Under the pieces are notes generated by a model. The model was not told the origin of the DNA. It was given only the letters and a program-made list of their open reading frames with translations, and did not search any database. Below, piece by piece: positions 12,401 through 26,268 of a stretch of 64,000 nt of DNA; the first letter of the stretch is position 1; each line of letters begins with the position of its first letter. Source of the stretch: Octopus vulgaris (lineage: Eukaryota); NCBI GenBank assembly GCA_951406725.2, contig OX597817.1:34410001-34474000 (forward strand), given 5' to 3'. A program made the translations under genes and the position numbers.

Positions 12401-15400
12401 TGAGCCATGCAAGCATGAAAAAGTAAATATTTAAACAATGATGGTGATGGTATATATATATATGTGTGTGTGTTTGCACAATTTTTATAATAATGCCTTC
12501 TTTTATTAAATTATTTCATTTAATGATTCAATAATGTACCTTGCATAATTAGGAAAAAGTATTTTTAAATTGAAAAAAAAATTAAATAAAAAAAAAACAA
12601 ATCTGAAGACTTTTATATATATAAAAAGACATACTAAAAATATTGAAAGAGGGTTTGAAATATCTCTATTTAACATTTCTTCTATGACAACACATGGTGA
12701 AACTAAGTATGTACATCATTATCAAAATCAAATTGATTTTTTGAGGAAAGAAGAAAACAAACAATTGTGTTGATTTTTATACAACAGATTCATTTTCATG
12801 TTTTACATCAGTATTGTTGAAAGGTCACATTTTATGAAAAGTAAACAAAATATGATTATTTATTTGATATAGTTTTTAGAAGAGAAATTTATGAATGAGG
12901 ATGTATATCTCTCTGATGACAAGGTCAAAACAGCCAAAAGATTAATGAATAAGTTGGTTTGCATTTAAAAAATTCTTGCTTGAACATTTGTTCTCTTGTG
13001 ACAGTAAATATCTGAAATGAATTAGTAAAGATTTGAAATAGGTTATTATTCTCAACTTAATCACTAAAACCAGTTAAGTTAACTTTTAAAATCCTATATT
13101 GCATTTATCTACAATTGTTGCTATATCCTTAACTGTATAAAACTAAATTTCAAATAGTGCTGCTTTGTGTGTAAATAACTGGAACTAAGCTCTCATGTGT
13201 GCAAGAAGTGAAGTTTAGTTTCTGTTTAGAAAGAACATCCTGTCCCCAAAATTTCCTATTTGCTCCATATGTCTAATTTTTTGTCTGTGTCTTATTGAGT
13301 GAATTTTTCTAGATATTTTCTTATTTTGATCTTTGAGGATAATAGCAGTTGGTGATATTGATGGTTTATTACCATTTAATAGTGATTTAATTAGAGAAAG
13401 AGAGCTTTGGCATGGGTAAAATAATTAGGGTGTACTTACTCTTTTACTTGTTTCAGTCATTTGACTGTGGCCATGCTGGAGCACCGCCTTTAGTCAAGCA
13501 AATCGACCCCAAAACTTATTCTTTGCAAGCCTAGTACTTATTCTATCGGTCTCTTTTGCCGAACTGCTAAGTTATGGGGACGTAAATACACCACCATCGG
13601 TTGTCAAGCGTTGTTGGGGGACAAACACACACACAAACATATACACACATATACATATATACGACGGGCTTCTTTTAGTTTCCATCTACCAAATCCACTC
13701 ACAAGGCTTTGGTCAGCCTGAGGCTATAGTAGAAGACACTTGTCCAAGGTGCCATGCAGTGGGAATGATCCCTGAACCATGTGGTTGGTAAGCAAGCTAC
13801 TTACCACACAGACACTCCTGTGCCTCAGTATCATTTATAAACAGCAGCTAAGTGATACTGAAGTTTAGCAATTCTGAACAGGAGCTTAGTTATCATGTAC
13901 TTGATATTGTTTGTGAATGATAAGGATTAAAAATTTAAAAAAAAGCATTAATTTAATATATTTTAAACATAGGATCTTTGCATACTGAGGGCTTTGTGAA
14001 GAGAGTAATTATTGTAATAAAAGTAAATAACACTATTTTGTTGGGCCTTAGAAAACCTTTGAATTTTGAGGATAATGGAGCCAGTCAGGTGCCACTGGCA
14101 TCAACCACACTGGTATGTAAAAAGCACCATTGAATGGTGCTTTTTACATACCACCAGTACGGACATTGGTCACGCTCGAATAGTAACTTTTTACATGCCA
14201 CCTGCACAGGAGCCAGTCAGGTGGTACTGGTGTTGACCAAGCTCAAATGATGCTTTTTATGTGCCACCGGCACACTCGAATGGAACTTTTTATGTGTCAG
14301 TCAGGCAGCACTGGCATTGGTCACGCTCGAATAGTACCTTTTACATGCCACCTGCACAGGAGCCAGTCAGGTGGCACTGGCATTGGCCACGCTCGAATGA
14401 TGCTTCTTATATGTCACTGGCATGGATGCCAGTCAGGTGGCACTGGCATTGATCACAACTACAATTTCAACAGGTCTTCTCAAGCATCGCATATTGCCTG
14501 ACGATTGAAGGGGTGCTTTTAAATGGGGCAGTTATGCAACACTGGCATCAGCCATGGCTATGATCTCACTTGGCTTGCTGGGTCTTCTCAAGCACAACAT
14601 ATCTCCAAAGGCCTCAGTCACTTGTCATTGCCTCTGTGAGGCCTAACATTCAAAAGTTGTGCTTCACCACCTCATCCCAAGGGGCTACCTCTTCCACTGT
14701 TAGGGTGTGGCATGTCTTCACACAGCTGTCCTCATCCATATGCATCACATGACCATACCAACACAGCTGTCTCTCTTGCACACCACATCTGATGCTTCTT
14801 ATGTCCAACATTTCTCTCAGGGTGCTTACACTCTGTTATGTATGTCCACTGACATTACACATCCAGCAGAGCATACTAGTTTCATTTCTTTCAAGCCTAC
14901 GCATGTTCTCAGCAATCACAGCCTATGTTTCACTGCTGTGTAGCATGGCTGTTGGCACACAGGCATCATACAGTCTACCTTTCACTCTGAGCAAAAGGCA
15001 TTTTTTTACCTGCAAAGATAGGAGCTCTCTGAACTTTACCCAGGCTATTCTTACCCTAGCAGCTACACTCTTGGAGCGTCCACCTCTGCTACTGACTTGA
15101 TCACCTAGGTAACGGAATCTATCAACTACTTCTAGTTTTTCCACTTGACATGTGATGGAATCAGTTTTCTGTACATCTTTGGTGTTTATTGCCCCTGTGC
15201 ATCTGCCACAGACAAAAACTATCTTCCAGTTAACCTTTTTTTGATATTGCTGCATCTCTTATGTGGCCATAGCTTACACTGGATACATCTTATGGGGTTT
15301 CTACCTATGCCTTTTCTACAGATTGAGCAGGGCCACCTACCTGAAGGGATTTGTGATTTGTCTGCCTTCTTACTAGACCTTGCTTCCACTGTAAACATAC

Positions 15401-16804
15401 ATTTTTAGAAGCATTGTGTTAGTGTGTGTGTGTGTGTCCCATTTTAAAATAGTGCATTATGTTGTGTCTATTATGTCAAAAGTTAACTTGCTGAATTACA
15501 CATTGATAAAATTAGTACTTGGCTAAAATAAGTTGTGAGGTTAGGATCAATTACAAGGCAGTGTCCCAGCATGGCTACAACTCAATAAAAGAATTTGCTT
15601 AATGATATAAAATCAGTCAGGTGACAATCTGAGGAATCCATATCCAGGCTAATCTAAGAGACATTTTCTCATTCTGTAATATAGGTCTGTAAATGTAGGC
15701 ACTTGACGGGTGTTTGGTGATAGGTGAATATATCTGGTAGATATGTAAATATTTTGTTTACGTGGGGCTTCTTTTTAAGTATTAGTTTAGTGTCGATGAT
15801 CTGAGCCAATGACCTTTGCAAGCCTTCTGTGACTGTTGAGATACAGTGATCCCTCGTTTATCGCGGTAGATTGGTTCCGAGACTGGCCGCGATAACTGAA
15901 TTTCCGCGAAGTAGGGACACCATATTTACAGTATTTATTTAATGTGTATTTGGACTTTTAAAATCCTCCCTGTACTGTTAACAACCCACCCATTGCAGTA
16001 GTCTATTAATAACAAGTAGTACAGTAATACAAATAAAGTACAGTAAACCACTCGGCGAGAAAGCTTGAAGCGAAACGGCTGCGAGAGAGAGAGAGAGACA
16101 AGGGAAGATGCTGCAGATTTGAACATCACTCAAAGCACCAATCACAGGCCAGATTACAAAATAGAAAGCTGTGATTCGTTGTCTCTCTTCATTGCACCAA
16201 TCACAACCCATCTTAAGTTCAAATACCCCTGTATATGCTTTTTTGCTATTTTACGCTTGTTTTGTTGTTCCTAGACTAGGAAATAATATTTATTATTAAT
16301 ATTTTAATGGATTTAATGAAAAATTTTAGGTGTTCATATATATATATATCATCATCATCATCATCGTTTAACGTCCGCTTTCCTATATTATATTAAATTA
16401 GAGACAAAACCACTGTTAGGCAAATCATACAATGAAAAACTTAAGCCAATACATAAGATTATTTAATTTATATTATTTAAATATATAACAAAATTATTAA
16501 AAAAATATAATTAATATAACACTACGATCATTTCATGGCTGTTAATTTCTTTAAATTTTCGAGTTACAGTCATTCATCAGGTGGTTTAAATATTTATCTT
16601 GGCGAGGTTTAAACAATGAGTTAATTGTTTAAATAATATAAATTAAATAATCTTATGTATTGGCTTAAGTTTTTCATTGTATGATTTGCGTAATAGTGGT
16701 TTTGTCTCTAATTTAATATAATATAATATTTTACTATAAAATTCGATTCAATCCTAAATCTGATTTTTCCCTGTAAGTTTGGATTTATTCCCTAATATTT
16801 ATTA

Positions 16805-16845
<41 letters not shown>

Positions 16846-19800
16846 AAAAATCCGCGAAGTCGTGAATCCACAATAGTTGAACCGCAAAGTAGCAAATGAT
16901 CACTGTAGATACTGTTAATACCCCACTGAAATTGTTGCTAAAACTTGACTGCAGAAAAGGAATTCCAGATGGCTGACACTCTGGGAAAAGAAAAAGACTC
17001 AATATGATGATTAGTGTGGGCCTTCACTGGACACTAGACAGACAATGAAAAAAAAGAAAGTGAGTTTAGGTTATACAAACCAGCTTGCTCTGAGGAGCAG
17101 GTGTAATTTTCTGTAATTCCAGGTCCACCCATTCTTTGTGAATACAATTGAGTTGACAGAAACTGTATAGAAGCCTCTTCTAGGGATTATGTCTGTAATT
17201 CAAAGTTGCAGTTTTGTTGAGCTGTGTCATGCTGATTCTGTTTGAGACTTTGCATTAAAGGTATTTGTCTGTCAAGTGGTTGGTGAGTGAGTGGAGACCT
17301 GGGGTTAAGGGGATCCTTTAGCCTCATTGAGTACATGACAACCTCTCGTGTTGGTTCCATGATAAAATGTACCAAGTGCATACCATACAATGTGGTGTAT
17401 CAAAAAATGTACCCAGTAAATGTTGTAAAGTGTTATGATGTTAGGAAGGGAATCTGACTAGAAACCAAGCCAAAAATGAAATAAGTGAGATGTGGTAATC
17501 TGACCTGTCTAGAAGAGCAGTAATTCTAAATTAAAATCTTCCACCAAACCTTAGTCACAATTTATGTTCCTAACACTAGCTTAATGATAAATTAAATTAT
17601 TTTACTAATTCTTTGTTATATTTAAAATTAATTGGAAGAAACATTGAGCATCTCAACTGAAGTATGGTAACAAAAGGGTTAAGGCAGAAATTAAATATAT
17701 ATGATATGAATAATCATTAATGAATAAAAATTCATGAGTAGATATATGTTAAATAGAAATGTTAAATTTTTTTTAATTATGACTGGAAAGCAGAGAGAAT
17801 CATAACCAAGGCAACAAGAGGTTTCCTTGTAATATAAGTTATGACAAATTAATTTTATATAATATGCACAGTCATTCATTAGCACAAGTTCTCTGATAAA
17901 CCAAAGAAAATTTGGTAGACGAAAGTTATGAGAAGATTTATCACATATGCAAGGAGACAGAGAGAGTGAAATACTAAGAGAAATTTTAGCCATGATAAAT
18001 GACAGAGAAACTCTTAATGGCTAGAAGACATTTTTATTTTTGTGAGACTGAAATTAAGTATAAATAATAATAGTTTGTTTGTATTTGAAGAACTTGAGAA
18101 GATATCTTGCTTGGAAATAGCTGAGAGTTGGTGACAAGGAATGTTATCCAACCCATGCAAGTATGGAAAAGTAGACATTAAAATGGTGTTATTTATGTGT
18201 GTGTGTGTGTGTGTGTATAACAATTACTATATGTGGCATATATAAAAAAGAAATAAAATAAATGCGCCCTTTTTTTAAAGCCTAGCTAGGCTCATGGGCC
18301 CGGTTTCCTGGTTCCTATGGCGTATGTGTTCCGCAGCTGGACGGGACACCATCGCAGCATTACTCATTTTTGCCAGCTGAGTGGACTGGAGCAACGTGAA
18401 ATGAAGTGTTTTGCTCAAGAACACAACGAATTGCCTGGTCCAAGAATCGAAACCACAATCTTACGATCATGATGCTGACACCTTAGGCAAAAATGGCTAA
18501 AGAAAAATTACCCCAAGCTCAATATGTGAAGTTAGACCTAGATTGCTTTAAATATTACATGTTTTAATGTATTAAAAACTGTTTTTCATGGATATACTCA
18601 GCTAGAATTAGATTACATATGTGTGTCCCTGTCTTTTATGTCATTAGATACATCATGAAAGCCAATTGAACCATTTAAAAATAAACTGTTGAATTCATTT
18701 TATGTTTATTCTTGGAGGTGGCAAAATTCTTGTACAACTGCTACCTGGTCAGTGATGAAGTTTCACTGTAACTATTTGAAATTAAGTTAATGGGCCAGTC
18801 CTTATAGGCTTCAGTGTTAACAAACAAGATGAGGACAAATATCTGTTTAATGTAAATAATATAAATAATGTAAATGTTCAGGGTTTTTGTTTTTACTTAC
18901 TTTTTTCTGTTTAAACTTATAGACCTGGATCAGTTGTTTACACATGGATTCTTGACTTCTTGATATTGGCCAGTTATTGTTTACCTCTTTCATGTTCTAC
19001 TACCTTGTTATTATAATTACACCTTTTTCTTTCTTCATCTTTCTCTTTTTGAAGATTAGTTTTGGATTTATGCATACCACATTTACCAAATCATAAAGTA
19101 TTCTAATTCTCTTTTGTGGTACAAGTCTATAGAAAATGTGTTCTTGCTATGTAGAATATATGATATTTTAAAATAAAGGCTTTAATTTAAAAAAAAAAAA
19201 AGGTAAAATAAAAGTTTGGGGTGTATATTAATCTAGAAGTAATGTTAAGTTTATGCCTCTCTGTAGACCAGAGGTTCTCAACCATTTTGTATCTATGGCC
19301 CCCACTTTTATTCTTATTTTATTCTATTGAGTAAAAGGGTAAAGACACCCCCCCTCCTCAGTTATGAATAACCGTAGGATTACATCTAGAAAGTTACCTT
19401 CCTAGGCACATCCAGGCAAGTTTGTCTATGGAAGACCAGCAGTCTTCCATACATACCAGCCTCCCTTTTCCATGCCACCACTGTTGTCTGAGGGAAAGGC
19501 AAAGGCCAATACGGTTTGTCACCAGTGACGTTGCAACTCATTTCTACAGCTGAGTGTATTGAAGCAACATGAAATAAAGTGTCTTGCTCAAGAACACAAC
19601 ATACAGTCTGGTCTGGGAATCGAACTCACTACTTCATGATTGTGAGCCTGATGTTCTAACCACTGAGCCATGCACCTTCACTATTAGATCACCATAGCTA
19701 TTCAAAGTTTAAAAAAATCCTGTTATATTTTTATAATTAAATATTATAAAAATTTAATAGGCTTAGTAGTGGCTGTGTGGTAAGTAGCTTGCTTACGAAC

Positions 19801-21152
19801 CACATGGTTCTGGGTTCAGTCCCACTGCGTGGCACCTTGGACAAGTGTCTTCTACTATAGCCTCGGGCCGACCAAAGCCTTGTGAGTGGATTTGGTAGAT
19901 GGAAACTGAAAGAAGCCCGTTGCATATATATATATATATATATACATATATATGTTTGTGTGTCTGTGTTTGTCCCCCCAGCATCGCTGGACAACCGATG
20001 CTGGTGTGTTTACATCCTCGTAACTTAGCGGTTAGGCAAAAGAGACCGATAGATTAAGTACAAGGCTTACAAAGAATAAGTCCTGGGATCGTTTTGCTCG
20101 ACTAAAAGCAGTGCTCCAGCATGGCCACAATCAAATGATTGAAACAAATAAGAGTAAAAGAGTATTATTAGCAATTGTATAAAAAAAATTTTAATATTTG
20201 TGCATTGTAGAAGTATAACTAGTTTACTGCACATAAAGTTTAGCAACAAAATCTTTTGTGGATCCACCACCACCACCAAGGGCCATATGGACCATGGTTG
20301 AGAACCAAGTGATACATTTCTATACTTGCATAGACATACATATGTACATATATATCTTTATATATAAAAGTCAAGTTGTGTGTCTGTCTCCTACGATTTA
20401 GATTCCTAACTACTCCCACATTTTGCGGTGCAGTTTAACCAAAACCGGTTATAGTCGTGATTCATATCGAGCCCTTCTGGGTATTAGCGTGCGTCTACGA
20501 TGAGTCTACGATTAAAAAAAAAATTTACCATCAATTTTTTCCATTTTAATGCATTTTTTCGCTATTATATAAGGGAAGTAACTCTCTAAAAATGTCTACG
20601 ATGAGTCAACGATTTAAAAAAAATTTACCATAATTTTTTTTCCATTTTTAATGCATTTTTTTGCTATTTTTTGGCTATAACTCTCTAAAAATGCTTATAT
20701 AGTTATTTCCCTTACAAACCCGAGCAACGCCGAGCGATACTGCTAGTATCCTATAACTTATAAAGTTGAAATGGTATATTGGGCTATATTTCAAGGGTAG
20801 GAGGAATAGTGTGAAGGTTAGTGTGAGTTGTGGTCAGGAGAGAAATATTGAAATTGACAAGCAGTGGTAGGGGGGATAGTGAAAGCATTACAAGCTATGT
20901 AGTTGTCAATGGACGCTGAAAACATGACATGCTTGTATGCACACGCTCACATACTATCTTCTGTTATCACAATATATATCACTATATACACACACACACA
21001 TTCACAGAGAGAAAGAGAGGGAGTTGAAGGGAAAACTTGACAACAGTTGGTGCGGAGAGGTGAAGAAGTAGTAGGGTTACATAGTCATGTGTTTATCATC
21101 ATCATCATCATCGTTTAACGTCCGTTTTCCATGCTGGCATGGGTTGGATGGC

Positions 21153-21183
<31 letters not shown>

Positions 21184-23457
21184 ATCACGTGACCGACCAG
21201 ACCATCAGATGTTGCTACACATCGCTGGTCACAATGCGTTCGCATTGTTTTAACCTTTGAATGACGCCACCCTGCTGGCTAAGTGAGCAGGCCAACAGAA
21301 GAAAGAGTGGTGAAGGAGTACAGCAAGGATCACCACCGCTTGCCGGAGCCTTGTGGAGCTTTTAGGTGTTTTCGCTCAATAAACACACACAACACCCGGT
21401 CTGGGAATTGAAACCGCGATCCTACGACCGCGAGTCCACTGCCCTAACCACTGGGCCATTGCGCCTCCACATATATATATATATACATTCTTTTATTCTT
21501 TTACTTGTTTCAGTTATGAAACTTTAGCTATGCTGGGACACCACCTTGAAGAATATTATTTGGAACAAATCAATTCCAAATTTTTTTTTTTTTTATTCTT
21601 AGTACTTATCCTGTTGCCCAAACTGCTAAGTTATGGTCATATAAACATATAAACCAAAACCTGTTATCAAGTGGTAATAGGGGACGAACACAAACACACT
21701 TCCATGCATGCATGTGCGCACATGCACATCCACACACACACATGGGCTTCTTTCACTTTCATTCTACCAAATCCACTCACAAGGCTTTAGTCAGTCCAAG
21801 GCTAGCTATAGTAGAAGACACTTGTCCAAGGTGCCATGCAGTGGGACTGAACCTGGAACACTGTGGTTGGGAAGCAAGCTTCTTTACCACACAGACATGC
21901 CTGCTCCTTTTATATTTACTATTAATAGTGACAGTTTACTTCTAAATGCCACTGTTAAAACTGGTTTCTCAAATCATGTTTGGTGAATTGACTACACAAA
22001 CCTATTAAGGTAGATAGGCAGGGTTTCTAAGAGAAGTTTTAGAAGGTGAAACATGACTGGTTTTGGGTTCTGTCAGAGATTCACAGGCTCTTCCTCAGCT
22101 CTCTGATCCCAGACCAATATGCCATCTGTTTTCATGTCTTATAGACCCAGTACAAACAAATGTCTCTTACCTGGATATAATACTTTCTGTAAGTTTCTTG
22201 TTATTGCTCTACAGATGTTAATCTTTACTCCAATTTAGATAAGACATTTACTAGCATTTGACAGCTCACCTTTACAATTGTGCTTGAACTTTTCCTGTTC
22301 AACAGAATACTATCAGGCCTTTTGTGTTTGCACCTGGTTGCTGTTTTTATTGGAATGTTCAACCAGTATTCCTTATATTTTAAATGAATGGATACATTTA
22401 GGTTCTGGTATACTTTAGTATGAACTTCTGTACAAATCTTCTTGCAGATAGTACTGAAAATGGTTTTAGCAACAGTGCTTTGTCCCATAAGTAACTTATG
22501 GGGCATTTTGGGACAGTTATTAGAGATGTGGCTGATATCTATCACATTGGTACAATTGACATTCATTTGGTATCACAAGGCGGATGCTTAGAAGTATCCT
22601 TATCGTTCTTATTGATGAAGTATTTAGTAGCTATTTCCTGTTCTTGAACGAGAAACACTCAGCCTTCCAAGTTAACTGTGATACATCTACAACAGGTCTG
22701 GGAGAGGCTACACTTCATGTCAGTGTTTTTGTTATGAGTGTGTATGCATGTGTGTATCTGTTACCTTTTGAACTAGACCTATGTGCCATGAGTATTGCAG
22801 GAAGGCTGCAGGAATGCCAGTATGAGGCAGTTGAAGCTTCAAAGTGAGAGTAGGGAATGATGTTAAAGTAAATAGAGAAACCCCAAAGATTTGAGGAGGA
22901 ATGGTGAAAGGAGGTGCAGAAACAGTTGTTCTAAACAGTCATTTGACTGACTAGCTTTGTACATGTCTCTGTGTGAACAGTGATACACATATACTCTTTT
23001 ACTCTTTTACTTGTTTCAGTCATTTGACTGTGGCCATGCTGGAGCACCGCCTTTAGTCGAGCAAAACGACCCCAGGACTTATTCTTTGCAAGCCTAGTAC
23101 TTATTCTATCGGTCTCTTTTGTGGAACCGCTAAGTGACAGTGACGTAAACACACCAGCATCGGTTGTCAAGTGATGTTGGGGGGACAGACATATATATAC
23201 ATATATACGACGGGCTTCTTTCAGTTTCTGTCTACCAAATCTACCCACAAAGCTTTGGTCGGCCTGAGGCTTTAGTAGAAGACACTTGCCCAAGGTGCCA
23301 CGCAGTGGGACTGAACCCGGAACCATGTGGTTGGTAAACAAGCTACTTACCACACAGCCACTGCATACACACGTTTTTGTACATAGGATGTTCACATATA
23401 TAGATATGCATATAAATCGATACTTATTCACATGCATGTGTACGTATGCACGCACGT

Positions 23458-23509
<52 letters not shown>

Positions 23510-24441
23510 AATACAGTGTGTCTAGTAAACTGCTTTATCATGCTGGTTCTTTATATTTTGAGTTCTCAAGAACGTGGGTCAAGTAACAACATCTGATCTA
23601 CAGTTGGTTCTCCTGCCCTTCTCTTTGTCACAGACACACACAGATGCATGCATGTACTGAAATACCCTGTGCTGACTGGAGTGAAAGCCCAGACGATTAA
23701 TGTCACAGTGACTCGACATTTGCATTATGATGAAATTGTGTCTGCAGCATCTGTTTTCAATTCCAAAGAGACTGTGATCTGACTTGGTGAATTTTGGAGT
23801 TAACAGCCCTTGTAACACACACGTGTGTGTGTGTGTGTGTGGATTTTTAGGCATTAAGCATCAGTGATTATGATAATCTGCAAACAATTTTTTTTTTTAT
23901 TTCCAAAATTTTGATTTTTCTTTCCATTCTGTCCTTACTCTGTTGGAGAGAAAACAGATGGTCTTAACATTTTTATTTTAAAATTGTTTTCTTAAAAATT
24001 CTTTTCAGAATTCTGTTTTAAGCATAGAAGCTTATGGTTCTAAAAAAAATAGGTCATGCATTAAGGTCAGGGAGATTATGAATTCGTATTCTAGGGCAAG
24101 GTTAAGCTTTAGAGTTTAGGATTAAACAGAGAAGGAACAGGATTCAAAACATTCATTTGATGAATTTTTCTTTTGCTTTTTGTGAAAAGGTAATTTGCCG
24201 TTCAGACATCCAAAGAAACTTTCTAAAATATAAAAAAAAAGTAAATCGTGGACGGGGTGGAAGGGTTCAGTTGAATGACTGAAACAAGTAAAAGTTGCAT
24301 GTGTATATGGGTAAATATATATACAAAAAGTAATATTTTCATAATATTTTCAATATTATCATACTATTAGTAAGCCCCATAAAAATGTAATTGTAGAGAT
24401 CCTTTAATATGCCCGATTAACAGAAACTGTTGCCAGCATAA

Positions 24442-24474
<33 letters not shown>

Positions 24475-26224
24475 CTAGCAGTATCGCTCGGTGTTGCTCA
24501 GGTTTGTTTTGACCCGCTGGAATTGGAATTTTTGAAAAGTAAAAATTTTGCATTATGTAGCTTGTTATTCTCTTCAAGTGAACATTTTTCTGGTTGAAAT
24601 ACACCGAAAAGTGGCGACACAGCAGTGAAAAAATCGTAAAAAATAGGGATTTTCATAGAAAAAAGCACCTTTTTGATGTAAATAATTTTTGGTGTTAACA
24701 TGGTCCAATTTGAATTTTATCTTCTATGGAAGGAAGGGCAACCCTTCTATCATACTCTCAATTTTGGTCAACTTGCGCTGCAGGGTCTCGGAGGAGATAG
24801 TGTTAGTTGAAGGCTACCAAACCTGGCGCACACAGACAACTTCAGCTTTATATAGAGAGAGATAACACACACACACATTAATACACATACATACACACAC
24901 ACACACACATTAATACACATACATACACACACACACACACATGTATGTATGTATGGATGTATGTATATATGTACATCTGTCAACTTCTTGCCATATTTTT
25001 ATCCTTCACTTCCTACACACACACACACACACACACAGACACACACACGCACCTTCTTAGCTTACAATTTCTTTCTTTCAACAATTGACAACTGAAGTAC
25101 ACTCGCAAATTAATACTACGAAAACTTAGCGACAGAAAGTAAATTAAAAACCAACTTACCTTTTCTGTTGAGTTATCATGGCAATTCGACTGTCTGATTT
25201 CCTTAAATCTGTCTTTTCTTCAACTGAACTTAGTTCCTATCGTTTCTTAAAGTCCTTTGTGAAATCTAGGAGTGTTTTTTTTTGTTATTTCTTGAGAAAG
25301 TTTTGTTTCCTGGACACTAAAAACTAATGGGAAGTAGACAACAGTCCCAGTATAATTGGTGTAATAGTGTAACTCATAATGTGAGCGGCTAGCATCTACT
25401 CACCATATGTCAGTGAATTGTTGGTGTGCGTTTGCAAATGTGTTCGAATGAGAAAGTGAATTGTGTTTGGCGACTTTTTTACTAATAACAAACACACACG
25501 TGTGTGTGTGTTTGAGTGTTTGTATGTAGTTGTTTGAAACGTTTGTGTTTGTCACTGTCATATATGTATATGTTTGCGTGTCTATGTGTAAAGAGAAAGT
25601 AGGAGAAAGTGTGGTAATAGAAGGAGTAAAGCATTTGAAATGAGAGAGGGAAATCGTAAAATATTGAATTTTTGCTTAATTGGGGATCAAATTGAAAGAA
25701 ATTTATATGCCATGACCCAATGGAATGTACTTCGAAAAATCATAGGTAAATTCCAATTAAAGAAATTGTGTGAGGAGTAAATCGTTATGTATTTATTTGT
25801 TTCTGTTTCCTCTGTATTTTTTTTGAGTAGTGGTTTAAGGTACACTTGCAAAGAGAAAGTAGGAGAAAGTGTGGTAATAGAAGGAGTGAAGCACTTGAAA
25901 TGAGAGAGGCAAATCATAAAATATTTAGTTTTCTCGAATTTTTGTTTAATTGGGGGTCAAATTGAAAAAAATTTATATGCCATGACCCAATCGAATCTAC
26001 TTCGAAAAATCATAGGTAAATTCCAATTGAAGAAATTCTATATTGTATAATTGTATTAAAAAGAAACATAGTCACAGGCAGAGAAAATCTGCCTTTTATC
26101 ATAAGATATATTTGCTATGATGATTCGGTGTCTGACTGAAGATTGAAGGCTTCGAATGATTTGTCTGTGTTCCGTGTTCGTCCCTTCCTGTATTTCTCGT
26201 TCATTATATATAAAAACATTCATT

Positions 26225-26268
<44 letters not shown>

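Larger units (their letters stand above)
15844..16905. mobile_element. pogo/Tigger-type (Tc1-mariner) MITE with nested insertions
   Basis: TA|CAGTGATC...GATCACTG|TA termini. Confidence 0.75.

Noticed and set aside
12910-12945. CTGATGACAAGGTCAAAAC possible decayed hammerhead
   Set aside because: Core mutated and no associated Penelope sequence.
22931-23503. 190-aa ORF and [18 protein letters not shown]-type ORFs
   Set aside because: Read-through of SINE family B and (CA)n microsatellites.
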